Shown: positions 29,875 through 42,524 of the stretch, one piece after another | Layout of the letters: each line of letters starts with the position of its first letter | Position numbering within the stretch: the first letter of the stretch is position 1 | Assembly: GCA_048213135.1 (NCBI GenBank) | Contig: PS015267.1 | Coordinates: 5,838-57,187, forward strand | From: Reclinomonas americana ATCC 50394 | Taxonomy: Eukaryota | Length of the DNA stretch: 51,350 nt | Direction of reading: 5' to 3' | Notes under the pieces: model-generated | The model's database searches: none | What the model was told of the DNA's origin: nothing | What the model saw: only the letters and a program-made list of their open reading frames with translations | Made by a program: the position numbers and the translations under genes

Positions 29875-32800
29875 ATGAGTGACGATAACCGCATCCCGAC
29901 TCCACCTCTGCGTGTGGAAGTGAACGCGTCGACGCATTTGGAGATGCGATCGCCTGCGTCACTTGCCCAGTCCGCCTCTCAACGCAAGCTCATTGCGCCA
30001 ACTCCTTCAACGCGGCCGCCACGTCATCACCGCCACCAGCAGCAACAGCAGGCGGGCTTTGTGCGGCAAGTGTGGCTGCTGAGCAAAAAGAATCTTATTC
30101 TCATGGTGAGCTCTCTCTCTCTCTCCTCGCGCGCGCGTGTGTGTGTGTCTGACACTCTCTTCTCCGCAGCTGCGGCAATGGAAGACGACTGTCGTGATCC
30201 TCTTGGCGCCTTTTCTCTTCAATCTCGTGCTGCTCGTTCTCAACGCCGGCTTGTCTTCAAGAGCCGGAGTTTATGGAGATGTTGGTGAGTGTGTCTAACT
30301 CCTGCATACACACCCTCTCACACACACGCACTCTCTCTCTCCCTCTCTCCACGCATTCTTGGTACATGCATTAGTTTTGTGCGTCACGATTTAGGCCACC
30401 GCCAGTTTTTGTCCCGTGACGTTGCCTATCTCTTTTCTGCCTTCAGTCTGTGCTCCTTAGAGGCCATCCATCTTTTGCTACGTCGAATTCATTCATTGAC
30501 TATTGTATTTTTTTGGGTTTCTCAGTACGATCGTATCCGATTCGTGATATTCCGCCCATTCCGCGATGCCAGCGGTCGGTGGTGGCGCCCGACGGTGCCT
30601 GCACGTCGATTGCGTATGCGCCCGACAATGATCCGGATCTCGATGCGGCGATTGCGAATGTTGCGTGTTGCTGTGCAGCCTCTCCTGCTTTTCTATTCGT
30701 CGCGTCCTTGACTCTGCACCCTCTCTTCCTCTGCTCCATCTCATTCTCGACACCTGAGCTCTTCTCGTTGTCTCCTCCCCCTCCTCCTCTTCCTCCTCTT
30801 CTCCGCCTTTCCTTGTTGCAACCATCTCGTACTCCTCCTCTCTCCCTTCTATTCTCTATGACTCCTCATTCTTTCGTTTCGTCACTCTCCTCTCCGCCTT
30901 CTACCAACCATGACTTGCCCTTCCACTCGTAGATCTAATCCTCTACAGCCACTGCACTTTCTGGTCCCTCAATCATCATCTCCTTCCTCTCCCCCTCCTC
31001 CTCCTCCTCCTCCTTCTTCCTCTCTCCTCCTCTCCCTCTCCCTCTCCCTCTCCCTCTCCCTCTCCCTCTCCCTNNNNNNNNNNNNNNNNNNNNNNNNNNN
31101 NNNNNNNNNNNNNNNNNNNNNNNNNNNNNNNNNNNNNNNNNNNNNNNNNNNNNNNNNNNNNNNNNNNNNNNNNNNNNNNNNNNNNNNNNNNNNNNNNNNN
31201 NNNNNNNNNNNNNNNNNNNNNNNNNNNNNNNNNNNNNNNNNNNNNNNNNNNNNNNNNNNNNNNNNNNNNNNNNNNNNNNNNNNNNNNNNNNNNNNNNNNN
31301 NNNNNNNNNNNNNNNNNNNNNNNNNNNNNNNNNNNNNNNNNNNNNNNNNNNNNNNNNNNNNNNNNNNNNNNNNNNNNNNNNNNNNNNNNNNNNNNNNNNN
31401 NNNNNNNNNNNNNNNNNNNNNNNNNNNNNNNNNNNNNNNNNNNNNNNNNNNNNNNNNNNNNNNNNNNNNNNNNNNNNNNNNNNNNNNNNNNNNNNNNNNN
31501 NNNNNNNNNNNNNNNNNNNNNNNNNNNNNNNNNNNNNNNNNNNNNNNNNNNNNNNNNNNNNNNNNNNNNNNNNNNNNNNNNNNNNNNNNNNNNNNNNNNN
31601 NNNNNNNNNNNNNNNNNNNNNNNNNNNCCTCCTCCTCCTCCTCCTCCTCCTCCTCCTCCTCCTCCTCCTCCTCCTCCTCCTCCTCCTCCTCCTCCTCCTC
31701 CTCCTCCTCCTCCTCTTCCTCCTACTCCTCCTCCTCCTCGCCCTCCTCCTCCTCCTCCTCCACCCTCTCTCCCTCCCTCTTCGCCCCCTCCCCTCCCTTC
31801 CACTCTTCCCCTGCTCCTTCTCTCATCTCCCCCTTTCCCTTTATCTCCCCCCTTCTCCTCCCCTCGCAGATCGTGACAGCCAACAACCTGGACCCCCCTC
31901 GTAAATTCGCCAACGGCGACGCCGTCAACTCGTTCCTCGTGCAGAACCGCAACATCACGCAGGCGGCATACATTTTCAACTCACCGCTCTCCGACTCCAA
32001 CGTCGACTACACCATTCAGTACAACGCCACCCAGCTGTGCGGTCTCGACATTTACTGCAACAACCCCGAGGAGCAGCTGGTGGTGCCGATGCAGGCGGCC
32101 ATGAATAATCAAATATGTTGCGTAACAGCCGTTGTCACGTGGACTTCTTCTTCTCCGTTGTGCTAACGATGGCGACTTTGCGCAGGGCTCAAGCACTTTG
32201 GCACCAGCAAGACCACGCGTGTGGCGCAGTATCCGCGGACAGAGTTGTATGCCGTCAACAGTTGCGCCACTGATCCCCGCCTCTGCACTCTCTCCTTTCA
32301 TTTATCTGACTTGATGCGCTCCATTCCAGTCGTCTCCCTCAGCGGCGTCTTCTTCTACTTCCTCGTGTACATTTTTGTGTTCATTGTGTGCCTCGGCGGT
32401 ATCGTGGCCGAAAAGGAGCGCAAGCTTCGCGACATGATGCGACTGGCGGGCCTGGGAGTTGCATCTTCTCACACACTCCCTCTCTGTCTCTCAGTCAATC
32501 TCACATTTCTTCCCTCCACAGAACCTCAGCTTTTGGCTCTCGTGGTTTGTGCAGCAAATGTTTGTCGTGCTGGTGGTCACCCTCGTCATCATCACGTCTG
32601 GCGCCGCCTTCCAATTCCGCTTCTTCCTCAAGAACAACTTTGGCACCTACTTTTTCCTCTTCTTCCTCTTTGGCATGTGCATGATCATGCTGGCGTTTTG
32701 GTTCTCCACCTTGATCAACTCGTCGCGCGTGGCCAGTTGCGTCTCCCACTCTTCACTTGTTGCATGTCTCTGGAGGCGAAGACTCACTCTTTTGTCGATG

Positions 32801-35800
32801 TGCAGCACCGGTCGGCTTCATGTTCTTCATCGTTTGCTACTTTTTCGCCGACGCCACTGGCCGACTGTTCCCGGTGCTCACCGAAGGTAAGCTCGCCACC
32901 CCGCGCCTCTCAGACCTCGCTCGCTCACTTTGCGTGTCCGCAGGCATCCGTCTGGCCTTCTCCTTCATTCCTCCGGTGCTCTTCTCCAAAGGCCTGAACG
33001 ACCTTGACAAAATCAGCTCGAGCGCGCTATCGCCTGGTCTGAGCTGGAGTGACGTCGGCAGCTACACTACCGTGTGGCCTCTTACGCGCATCTACGGCTG
33101 GCTTGTGCTGGACACTGCCATTCTGGCCTTCTTGACCTGGTACTGCGACAATGTGGTGCCGAGTTGCGCGATTCTCTTCACGATGTGTGCGGATCACGCA
33201 CGCGGTGACTTACCTTCCCCTCGACACAGCACCCTCTGGCGCCCGCCGTCCGTTCTACTTCTTCCTCACCAAGTCGTACTGGACCGGCCGCTCGTCATCG
33301 AAGCGCACGCAGGCGACAGAAAAGCCGATCAAAGGCCTGCCCCTCTCGTCGGAGCTCACCGACGAGGACAACGATGTGCGAGACGAGCGTGAGCGGCTGC
33401 AGAAGGAGTCGGTGAGCTGTGCTCTGTTGTCTTCTCTCCTCTTCTCCTCTCTTTCCTTTGAGTCCGAAGCACCATGCGCCTCTCTCCCTTTCTTTCACTC
33501 CATAGACAGCGCATTTCGCCGCCATGTACCACTCCTTTTCCCTTCGCTTCTTTGCCCTCTCCTTCGCTCACTTCTCCTCTCTTCGCTTATTCTCCTCTTC
33601 CATGCTTCTCTTTCTTGTCTCTCCTCCCTTCCCCTCTCTTCTCCTCTCTCTTCTCACCTTTTCCCTTCTCCTTCTCCTCTACTCTCCCCTATTCTCCTTC
33701 TCCTCCCTCCTCTCTTCTCCTCTCTTCCTGCATCCTCCTCACCACCATCGCCGCCACAGGGAGACGAACACCGTGCATCGTTTGCCGTGCGCATCGAGAA
33801 CCTGGTGAAGCGCTTCGGCAGGAACAATGTCCTCCGTCGCCTCTACTTGGGCATTGAGCAGCCGGCCAACGAAGACGACGGACTGCTGTTTGGTCTGCTG
33901 GGTCCCAACGGAGCGGGCAAGGTGCGCGAAGTCGATGCAGTCTCTTTCCCGCTGCACTTTGCCTTGCTCACGCTGGTGTGACAGACCACGACAATCAACA
34001 TCCTGACCGGACTCATGCCGCCCACCGACGGCCATGCGGAGATCTGCGGCCTCGATGTGGCCGCCCAGTTCTCCGAGGTGCAGCGCCTCATTGGCGTGTG
34101 CCCGCAGTTCGACATTTTGTACGACGATCTGTCGGCTCGCGAGTCACTCCAACTCTTTGCCGGCCTGCACGGCATGAGCGACGAGGAGATTGAGGAGGAG
34201 GTGCAGCGTCGTCTCGAGCAGGTCGGTCTCGTCGATGTGCAGCACGACCGCTCCTCCACGTTCAGTGGTGGTATGAAGCGCCGTCTGAGTGTTGCTGTTG
34301 GTGAGTGTTGCCTGACGGAGAAGGAAGAGGAGAGATGAAAAACAACAGCAAGCTTCTCTTGACCTCTCTCTCTTTCTCCTCATCCTCCTCTTCCTCCTTC
34401 TTCTTGTTCTTCTTCTCTTCTTCTTCTTCTCTCTTCTTCTTCTTCTTCTTCTTCTTCTTCTTCTCCTTCGCCTTCTATTTCTTCTTCTTCCTCATGACAA
34501 CTGCAAAGAGACATAGCTTTAGCACTTATGTTCCTCACTTATTTTGTTGTTTGTGCTTGCAGCTCTTGTCGGTGATCCGAGTTGCGTGGTGGTGGTGGCC
34601 GTAGCTGCTTGCACTTCACGTTGATGGCTCACTGCCGCGTACAGAGGTGGTGTTCCTCGACGAGCCGACGACGGGTATGGACCCTGTCATGCGTCGCCAA
34701 GTGTGGACCATGCTCGAGGATGCCAAGCGCGGTCGTGTCATTATCCTGACCTCCCACTCCATGGAAGTTGCGCAGTGCGTGATGAGCCTCTCGCCCCACT
34801 TGCCACTCACTATCTACTCTCCATTTTCTCTCTCTCCACAGGAAGTGGATTACCTGGCCGATCAAATCGGTACTGTCGTGTAGCCTGCTCGTGCACCCTT
34901 GCTGTCCATCCTCCTCATCTCCCGCACAGGCATTGTCGCCGCTGGACGCCTGCGCTGCATCGGCTCATCCACTCGCCTGAAGAACAAGTTCGGCGCCGGT
35001 TATCAGCTGACTGGTCGCTGCGAGAATCCGGAGCGGCATCGTGACGTGGCCGACGCCGTCGTCCGTCTCTTGCCCTGTGCGTCGTCTGTCGCGTCACTTG
35101 CCCTTTGTATCCTCCTCGCTCATGCTCCACCCTTCCCCACCCGCAGCGTCGAACCTCGTGCTGGCGGCCGGCACCTTCCTCACGTTCAACATTCCCCGCG
35201 CCTCCATGACGGATCTGCCGGGTTTGCTGCGTGCGCTGAAGCAGCGCGAGTCCGAGATCGGCTTCACCGACGTGGCGGTGAGGCAGTCGACGCTGGAGGA
35301 TGTGTTCCTGTCGATTGTCGACCAGACCAAGGTCGCGGATGCTGCCGCTGCCGGCAAGCCGGTGGAGGTGGAGATGTCGCAGCTGGTGCGCGCGCCCACC
35401 ATGTTGGAGGCGCCGCACAAGTACGACAAGATCAAGGCGGCGACCACTGGTGCGCAAGTTCGCGCGCTGATTATCAAGAGCTGGAATGTGCAGAAGAGGG
35501 TGAGATTGGGAAGGGGGAGAAGAGGGGGAAGGGGGAAGGGGAAGGGAGAAGAGGGGAAGGGGGGAAGAGGGGAATGGGGAAGGGGAAGGGGGAAGGGCGA
35601 AGGAGAAGGGAGAAGGGAGAATGGAGGGGAAGGGGAAGGGAAAGAGATAAGGGAATAGTGAGAAGAGAGAAAGGGAATGGAAAGGAGAAGAGAGGAAGGG
35701 GAAGGGGAGAGAGAAGGGAGAAGTGCAGGGGGAAGGGAGAAGGCGAAAAAGAAGGGGAAGGCATAGGGGAAGAAAAAAGAGGAGAAGGAGAAGGGGGAAG

Positions 35801-38800
35801 GGGAACGGAGAAGACGGAAGGGGCGGACAAGTGGGAAGAAGAAGGAGGAAGAAATGCAGTGAGATACGTGACTATTATTCACGAACGGCAGTCACCTGTT
35901 TGTCATTGTTTCTGCAAAGCAATTGGCGACAAGAATACACGACAGGAAGTGGTGGGGAGAGAATGGGACAGAATTAGTTGATTGTCTTCCTCGGCTAACA
36001 ATCGTCCTTTCTTCTCTGCACGCTGCTCTCCAGTCCCTTGCGTTTCACTTCTCTTTATCTGCTTCCTTTCGTTTGGGTTTCTCATGCGCGTTTGGTGCTT
36101 ACCATACTCACTTCGCACACAACTCAGGCCTGGTGTGCCAACATTTGCTTCTTTGCGAGTCCCATTATTCTGGTGAGTTTGTTGTCACGAGTCTGCTGTG
36201 CTTGGTGTGCAGACTCTCATCGCGTTTCATGCAGTTGCTGCTCGTGCTCGGTGCACAAGCTCTCTTTGTGTCCCTCATTCCCGGCGTGGGCGGCAACGCT
36301 CGGCCGCAAATTCGACAAGCTGCAATCTAGTTTCGTTTTTACCAGCAAGCAGATGATAAGAAGAAGATGACTGACAGGCTCACAGCATCGATGAAACGGG
36401 TATCGTCAATCCCACTGTCCCCTACACGGCGCCCGACTCGCTGTCGACGGTGCTCGGCTCCATGTCATACACGTCGACTCCGCCACAGCTCTCCGGCTTG
36501 TTTGGCGCGTTTGATTTCTCCAAGATCACAGTTGCGTGTTGCTACGATCCACCAGTGCGCCACACGTCGCGACCCTCACTCCTCTCTCCGCACGCAGATT
36601 TGGGAGAAATACACGACCGACAAGGTGGCCACGCCGCCGCCGGTGACCAGTGTGCAGTATCCCAACAAGGCGGCCGTCGACCAGTTCCTCCTGTCGCAGT
36701 TCAACCCGACCTCGCTCCAGTCGGTGCTCTTTGGCCTCGCTGTGGATACGGTGGACACGAACTCCAAGGCGCTGGAGTACTCGGTGTTTACCAACAGTGT
36801 GCGTAGGAGGGGAAAGGGGGAAGGGGGAAGGAGGAGGGAAAGGAAAAGGGGAAGGGGTGAAAGGGGAAGAGAGGGGGAAGGGGTAAAAGGAGAAAGGGGT
36901 AAGGGGTGAAGGGGCGGGGAGGTGAGGTGGCTCCGTTCTACCATTTTTAAGTTCTCTCTCTCTCTCTCTCTCTCTCGCTGTCACTCTCGTATGGTGGGCG
37001 TCACGAAGAGCTTCTCTTCCTATTGCTGGCGCTCTGTCTTTTTCGTTGGTTCTCGCATATCTGTTCCACGAAGCCCAGTTCTGCCATTCTTCGGTCTCTC
37101 TCTGTCTCTGTCTCTGTCGTGGTTCCCACGGCAGGAAGAGGAGGAATGCCGCAGGAGGGCTTTCTGTTGCTCTGCCTCTCGTTATACACCCCATATATTT
37201 GCATTCCTGAACTTCGCTTCTTGCGGATATTCTGCTGTTTATTCTCTCTCTATCGCGCATTCTACGGTGTGCGCTAGGAAGCGATTTGTAGAAAGAGACA
37301 GCCTCTCTTTCTTTTGTTCTGTCTTTCTCATTCCACAGATGTTTTTGCAGCTATTCTGCTTTCAGTATTCTCTCTCTTTCACGGAGAGGGTGGAGAAATG
37401 CAGATGGGGTCTGCTTCTCTTTCTGTTGACGGAGTTCTGTTTTTCTCATTCCACCTGCACGTTCTCGCGAGCTGTTTCGCTCTGTTCTGTTTTACTTTTC
37501 TCTCTCTGTCTCTCTGTCTCTCTCTCTCTCTCTCACGCGTTGTGGGAATCGACTGCTGACTGCGCATACTGTTGCAGAGTGTCGGCTACACCGCCAACGA
37601 CATCTTCTTCCAGACGTACTTGAACACGTCGAATACAGTCGGCACCATGCAGCTCGTGGACAATGCGGCGTTTGGACTGTTCAAGGGCACGTACTCTGCC
37701 TCGCTGACCACCAGTTGCGTGCTGTGAGGAGCTCCTTTCACAGTGTTGTTGTGCATTCCACTCACCTACTTGGGGTGCTGCAGGACTCCGCTCCTTCCCC
37801 ACGCTCAACAATGACACAGAGGCCGGCACTCAACGTTTCGTGCCTGTCCCGCTGCTGAGCAATGTGAGACTGAGACTGACACTTCTCTCTGTGTTTGTGC
37901 GCAGTGGATGGTACTGTGCTAGCCTCTCACCCAATTCCGTTGAAGCGTATCTCACTCACTTCTCGTGTCTTTCCTCTCTTGCGTCACTCGCCACAGTCGT
38001 TCCATTCTTGTTGGTGAGTTGGCGCTGATCTTTGATGTCGTGAGTATGGATTTGTCTCACTCACCCGTCTGTGCAGCCGCTGATGATCTTCATCTCGTTC
38101 TTCCTGATCCTGCCGATTGTTGTGGGGGTACGTGGTGCAAGCAGGGAGAAGAGAAGAAAGACGGGAGAAAGAGGGCAAGGGAGAAGGAGAGCAGCGGAGG
38201 GAGTAGGAGGCAAGGGAGAGGGAAATCAAGGGAGAAGAAGGGAGAAAGAGAGCAAGAGAGGAGGAGGGCAAGGGAGGAAAGGGGCAAGGGAGAAGGAGGG
38301 CAGGGACAAGGAGGGCAAGGGAAATGGAGGACAAGGGAGAAGGAGGGCAAGGAAGGAAATGGGCAAGGTAGAATGAGGGCAAGGGAAAGGAGGGCGAGGG
38401 ATAAGGAGAGCAGGGGAGACGGAGGGCAAAGCAGAAGGAGAGCTGGGGAGAAGGAGGACAAGGGAGAAAATAATGGAGCAAGAGAAATGAGCGCAAGGGA
38501 GAAGATAGAAGGGAGACAAGAGGGAGAGGAGGAAAAGGGCAGGGTAGAAAGAGGGCAAGGGAAAAGAAGGCAAGGGAAAGGAGTGCAAGGGAAAGGAGGA
38601 CACCAAAGAAGGAGGGTAAGGGAGAAGGAGGGAGCAAGAGAAATGAGAGAGCGAGGAACGCGGATGAGAGAAAGACAACTTGACGAAGGAGAAGGAGATG
38701 GGCAGTATTCAGATGGCTGAGTCTTCTTGTTTCTTGCTCTGCTGGCTCGCTAACTGTGCCGTCTCTGCCTGCAGAACCTGGTGTCGGAAAAGGAAAATCG

Positions 38801-41800
38801 CCTCCGATTCCTCATGCGCCTGATGGGGCTCCGCTCGTCGGTGTACTGGATGACCACCTTTGTCTGGTACTATGTCATGTTCTGCCTTGCGACCATCATC
38901 ATTTGCGTTACTGGCGGTATTCTGCGGTTCCGGTGCGTTGATGTGTAGACAAGTGACAGCTGTGGGCGATGTCCTCACCGTCTATTGTGGCCTCAGTTTC
39001 TTCACACAAAATGCACCGGGCACATACGTGCTGCTATTCCTCCTGTGGGGCTTGGCGGCCATTGCCATGGGATTTGTGTTAAGCACGCTGTTCTCGACCG
39101 AGTACTCGGCATTTGGTGAGCCTGTTGATCATGCCGTGCTCTCCGTCCTCCTCCACCATTCTGCTAACCGTCTTGACTGCCTCGCAGTGATTGCCATTGT
39201 CATTGAGATTGTGCTGATCATTGTCGTGCGCGTGATCAACAACACGTTCCTCAAGGCCGGTGGTGATCTCTTCTATCTGGAGTTCATTACGTCCATTTTA
39301 CCACCCTTTGCGTTTGAACGGTACGTGAGACATGCAATCATTCAGCGTCACCTGTGCTTTCCTCCTAATTCTCTTTGCTGTGCGCAACAGTGGCATCGGC
39401 ATCCTCAACCAGGCCGTCATCAACAACCGACCTGGCCTGCGCATCGGCGACATTCAGTCCAGCGGTCTCGCCGCCGTCTACGGCTACCTCATTGTGTGGG
39501 CGCTGATCTGGCTCCTCGTCACCTACTACTTGGAGCAAGTGCTGCCCGGTGGCGCTGGACTGCCGCGCAGTCCTGCGTTCCTGTGCCACCGCTCGTTCTG
39601 GCGCAGTTGCTGCTGCTGCTGCGGAAATCGTGGCAAGCCGAATATGGAGCGCCGCATGTCGGAGCTACCTGTTCTTGCGCACGGCAAGGTGCGGTCCACG
39701 GCGGAAGGGGGGGATAGAAATGATTGAAGCTGACTCTGTGCTCGCAGGATGATCTGGAGGCCGGGCATGAACGTGACGAGGAGGGTCCCGACGTGCAAGC
39801 TGAGGAAGCGCGAGCGAGGCGTGAAATCGACGACGGCGTGTCGGTCATTGGCATTCGTAAGAAGTATCCGGTGCGCAACCATTGAGGTAGAAGAAGTGGT
39901 GGTTGTTGTGCTCATGCAAGATAATTGGCTGCAGAATTCACAAAAGGTCGCACTGAAAAAGCTTTCGCTGCGGGTACCGCGGGTGCGTTTGGTATTACGT
40001 CGTGTGCAGAGTGCAGAGTTCGTTGTTGACATCTCCTAACACCAGGGAGAGTGCTTCGGATTGCTCGGCCACAACGGCGCAGGTTGGTGTCGTGATGGTT
40101 GTTGATGTGCGCAGTACCGACCGCGAATCACTCACATCTGCTGCTGCACCAGGCAAGACGACCTCGCTGTCGATCATTGCCGGCCTCTTTGCGGCCGACG
40201 GCGGCGACGTGTTCCTCCAAGGCCACCACGTCGACGAGGACAACATGAACAGCATTTACAAGATTCTGGGCATTTGCGCGCAGCACGACATTCTGTGGCC
40301 CACCATGACTGGCGCGGAGCATGTGGCGTTCTTTGCGCGACTGAAGGGCCTGCGAGGTGAGGGAGGAGAGAGTGTGAGCGCAAGAGTGAGTGGCCCTGAC
40401 TGGAGAGAGTGTGGTGCAGGGCCGGCTGTGGATGCGGAGATTGAGCGCCAGCTGGGTGCTGTCGGCTTGCTGCCGGCGCGCGACCGTCTCTCCAAGGACT
40501 ACAGCGGCGGCATGCGACGCCGTCTTAACACATCGGTGTCGCTGACGGGCAACCCGCGTGTGCTGTTGCTGGATGAGCCGAGCTCAGTTGCGTTAGCAAA
40601 ACAGGTTTATTTGTGTTACTGTCAGTTCTCTTATCATGAACGTCACAGGGTCTCGATCCGTACTCTCGACGCGAACTGTGGCGCTGCGTAATGATGGCCA
40701 AGCGCGAGGGTCGGGCGATGATTCTCACGTCGCATAGCATGGAGGAGGCTGGTGCGTTGTTGGAGAAGGGTGTGTATGTGCGAGTGCGATGCTGAAAGAA
40801 GTTGGTGTTGTGTGAACAGAAACGCTGGCCGATCGAGTCGGCATCATGGCGGAGGGTCGACTCAAGTGTGTAGGGTTCTCGCAGGATGTGAGTCGCAAGG
40901 GAAAGGGGGAGAAGGGGAAAGGGGAAATAGGGAAAGGGAGATAAGGGGAAGGGGGATAGGGGAAGGGAAGGGGGATAAGGAAAGGGAGGTGGAGGTCACT
41001 GGAAAGGGCGAATAAGATGGGTTAAAGGGCGAATAAGATGGGTTTATGGGAAGGGTGGATGGAGGTGGAGGGTGACGGAGGAGGAGGGAGATGGAGGAGA
41101 AGGGAGATGGAGGAGAAGGGAGAAGGAAGTTAACAAGGGTGGATGAGAAGGGTGGATGTGTAGAAGTAGGAGACGAAAGAAAAGGGCAGAAGGAAACGGG
41201 CGATGAAGAAAGAAAGAGAGAGAGAGCAGAGACAGAGGGAGGTATGGGCGAAGGGAACGAGAGAGGTGCTCAGAAAGCACATCAGCAAGAGGCACTGTGG
41301 GACGCTAGGTATGACGATGTGATTGTGAAGCACATGAAAGGAGTGTTTGTGAAGAGCAGCGTGAAGAAACGAAGATGGACCAGCAAAGAGAAAGGAGGAG
41401 GAGAACGGGAGGGAATAGCAGAAGGAGAACGAGGATTGAAGCTGACAATCAACACGACGAGTTAGACCGAGAAACAGAAAGAAGATGGGGAAGAGATACT
41501 GGCATCATCATTGACTCTGCTTCGGTGTCATGCGCAGTTGAAGCAACGCTACGGACGCGGCTACAAGATGGTGGTCACCTGCAGCCCGATTGACCGCGAC
41601 CGTGTCGTCAAGTGAGTGCGACTTTCTGCCCAGTTCCTTGCTGTGAGTTCTTCTCATCCTTTCATCCCTTGTCAAGCTATGTGCAAGGTCGCTTCCGCGA
41701 TGCTGTGCTGGAAAAGGATGTCAGCGGGCACCTCACGTTCTTGGTTTGTCTGCCTTTATGATTGTGCTGCATGCAAGTGCGTCACTAACCACCTGGTCAC

Positions 41801-42001
41801 AGATGCCAAGCGCGGCCACGCAGCTGGCAGACCTGTTCGAGGTGATGGAGCGCAGCCGCGTGGATATTGGTGTGCGCGACTGGGGAATCAACCAGACAAG
41901 TTTCGTGAATCAGTGACGCTGGTGGTGTGATTGCTGGTTGCTCACTCGTGGTTTTGCGCGCAGCACTGGAGGATGTGTTTATCAGCGTGGGGCGCGAATG
42001 A
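29875..42001 (+). CDS. ABCA: Full-length ABC transporter subfamily A (TMD-NBD-TMD-NBD), about 40 introns
   Basis: [15 protein letters not shown]-terminal motif; [63 protein letters not shown]; second half [50 protein letters not shown]. Exact 3' end and one intron near 36300 are unresolved. Confidence 0.93.
34581..34644 (+). other. Example intron with atypical A|GTTGCGT donor
   Basis: Splicing CCG A|GTTGCG...ACAG|AG GTG restores [20 protein letters not shown] branch-point-like motif lies upstream of the AG. Confidence 0.9.
38140..38660. repeat. Polypurine minisatellite (gggcaaggga-like unit) in an ABCA intron
   Basis: Many imperfect copies of agggcaagggagaagg. Confidence 0.8.
40587..40648 (+). 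other. Example intron with atypical A|GTTGCGT donor
   Basis: AGC TCA|GTTGCG...ACAG|GGT CTC GAT CCG restores the ABC D-loop LDEPSSGLDP. Confidence 0.92.
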
Positions 42002-42090
42002 TACCCTTCACAGAGAAGGGGTTGGGGGAGAGAGTGAGCGGTAACTTGCAGTGTAAAAAGTGTGCAGAATGATAGCTTTGCATCTGCTGT

Positions 42091-42231
42091 GGGAGGGGGA
42101 CCAGTTTTGCTCGTGTTTTATTGCGGAGCTGCCCTCTCACCGCGTCTGTGTGAATGGTGGGGACGAAGGCGACGTCGACGCACTTCCCGATGCCATCGAG
42201 CCATGTTCTCTGATGTGTGGATGGCACGCGA
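42091..42231 (+). pseudogene. Degenerate duplicate of the methyltransferase 5' segment
   Basis: IAELPSHRVCVNGGDEGDVDALPDAIEP versus IAELLSHRVFVPGGDEGDAPPDAIEP (42531 onward), then two 1-nt deletions (gagccatg versus gagcccatg; ggatggc versus ggattggc). Confidence 0.6.
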
Positions 42232-42524
42232 TCGAAGGAGAAGAGAGGAGAGCGACAGAGAACGAAAGAACGAAGCGCAAGAAGAGGAAGAAGATGAAGG
42301 AGAGGAAGAGGGAGAAGGAGGAGGAGGAACATGTGCAGGATCCGGAAGTGGGGCATTGCGCCTGAATTGCAGTTGCATTGTGGCGCAGGCGATGACGAGC
42401 ATCGTGTCAAAGAGAAGGGTCAATACTCACGAGTGCAAGAGCTCCCACTGTGTTCTCTGCACATGCTCAGACAAGAACAAAGTTTTGTCCGGGAAGGACC
42501 GGTTTTGCACCTGTTTCTCTCCAG

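Noticed and set aside
32117-33229. GTTGCG introns as a recent introner transposon family
   Set aside because: Intron bodies share no visible similarity beyond +7, and I see no terminal inverted repeats or target-site duplications. An ancient origin of this kind is not excluded.
29875-42001. GTTGCG introns as U12-type (minor spliceosome) introns
   Set aside because: They lack the RTATCCTT donor and TCCTTAAC branch site. They have the same CTCAC/CTGAC/CTAAC branch-like motifs, YAG acceptors and mostly 57-95 nt lengths as the canonical introns.
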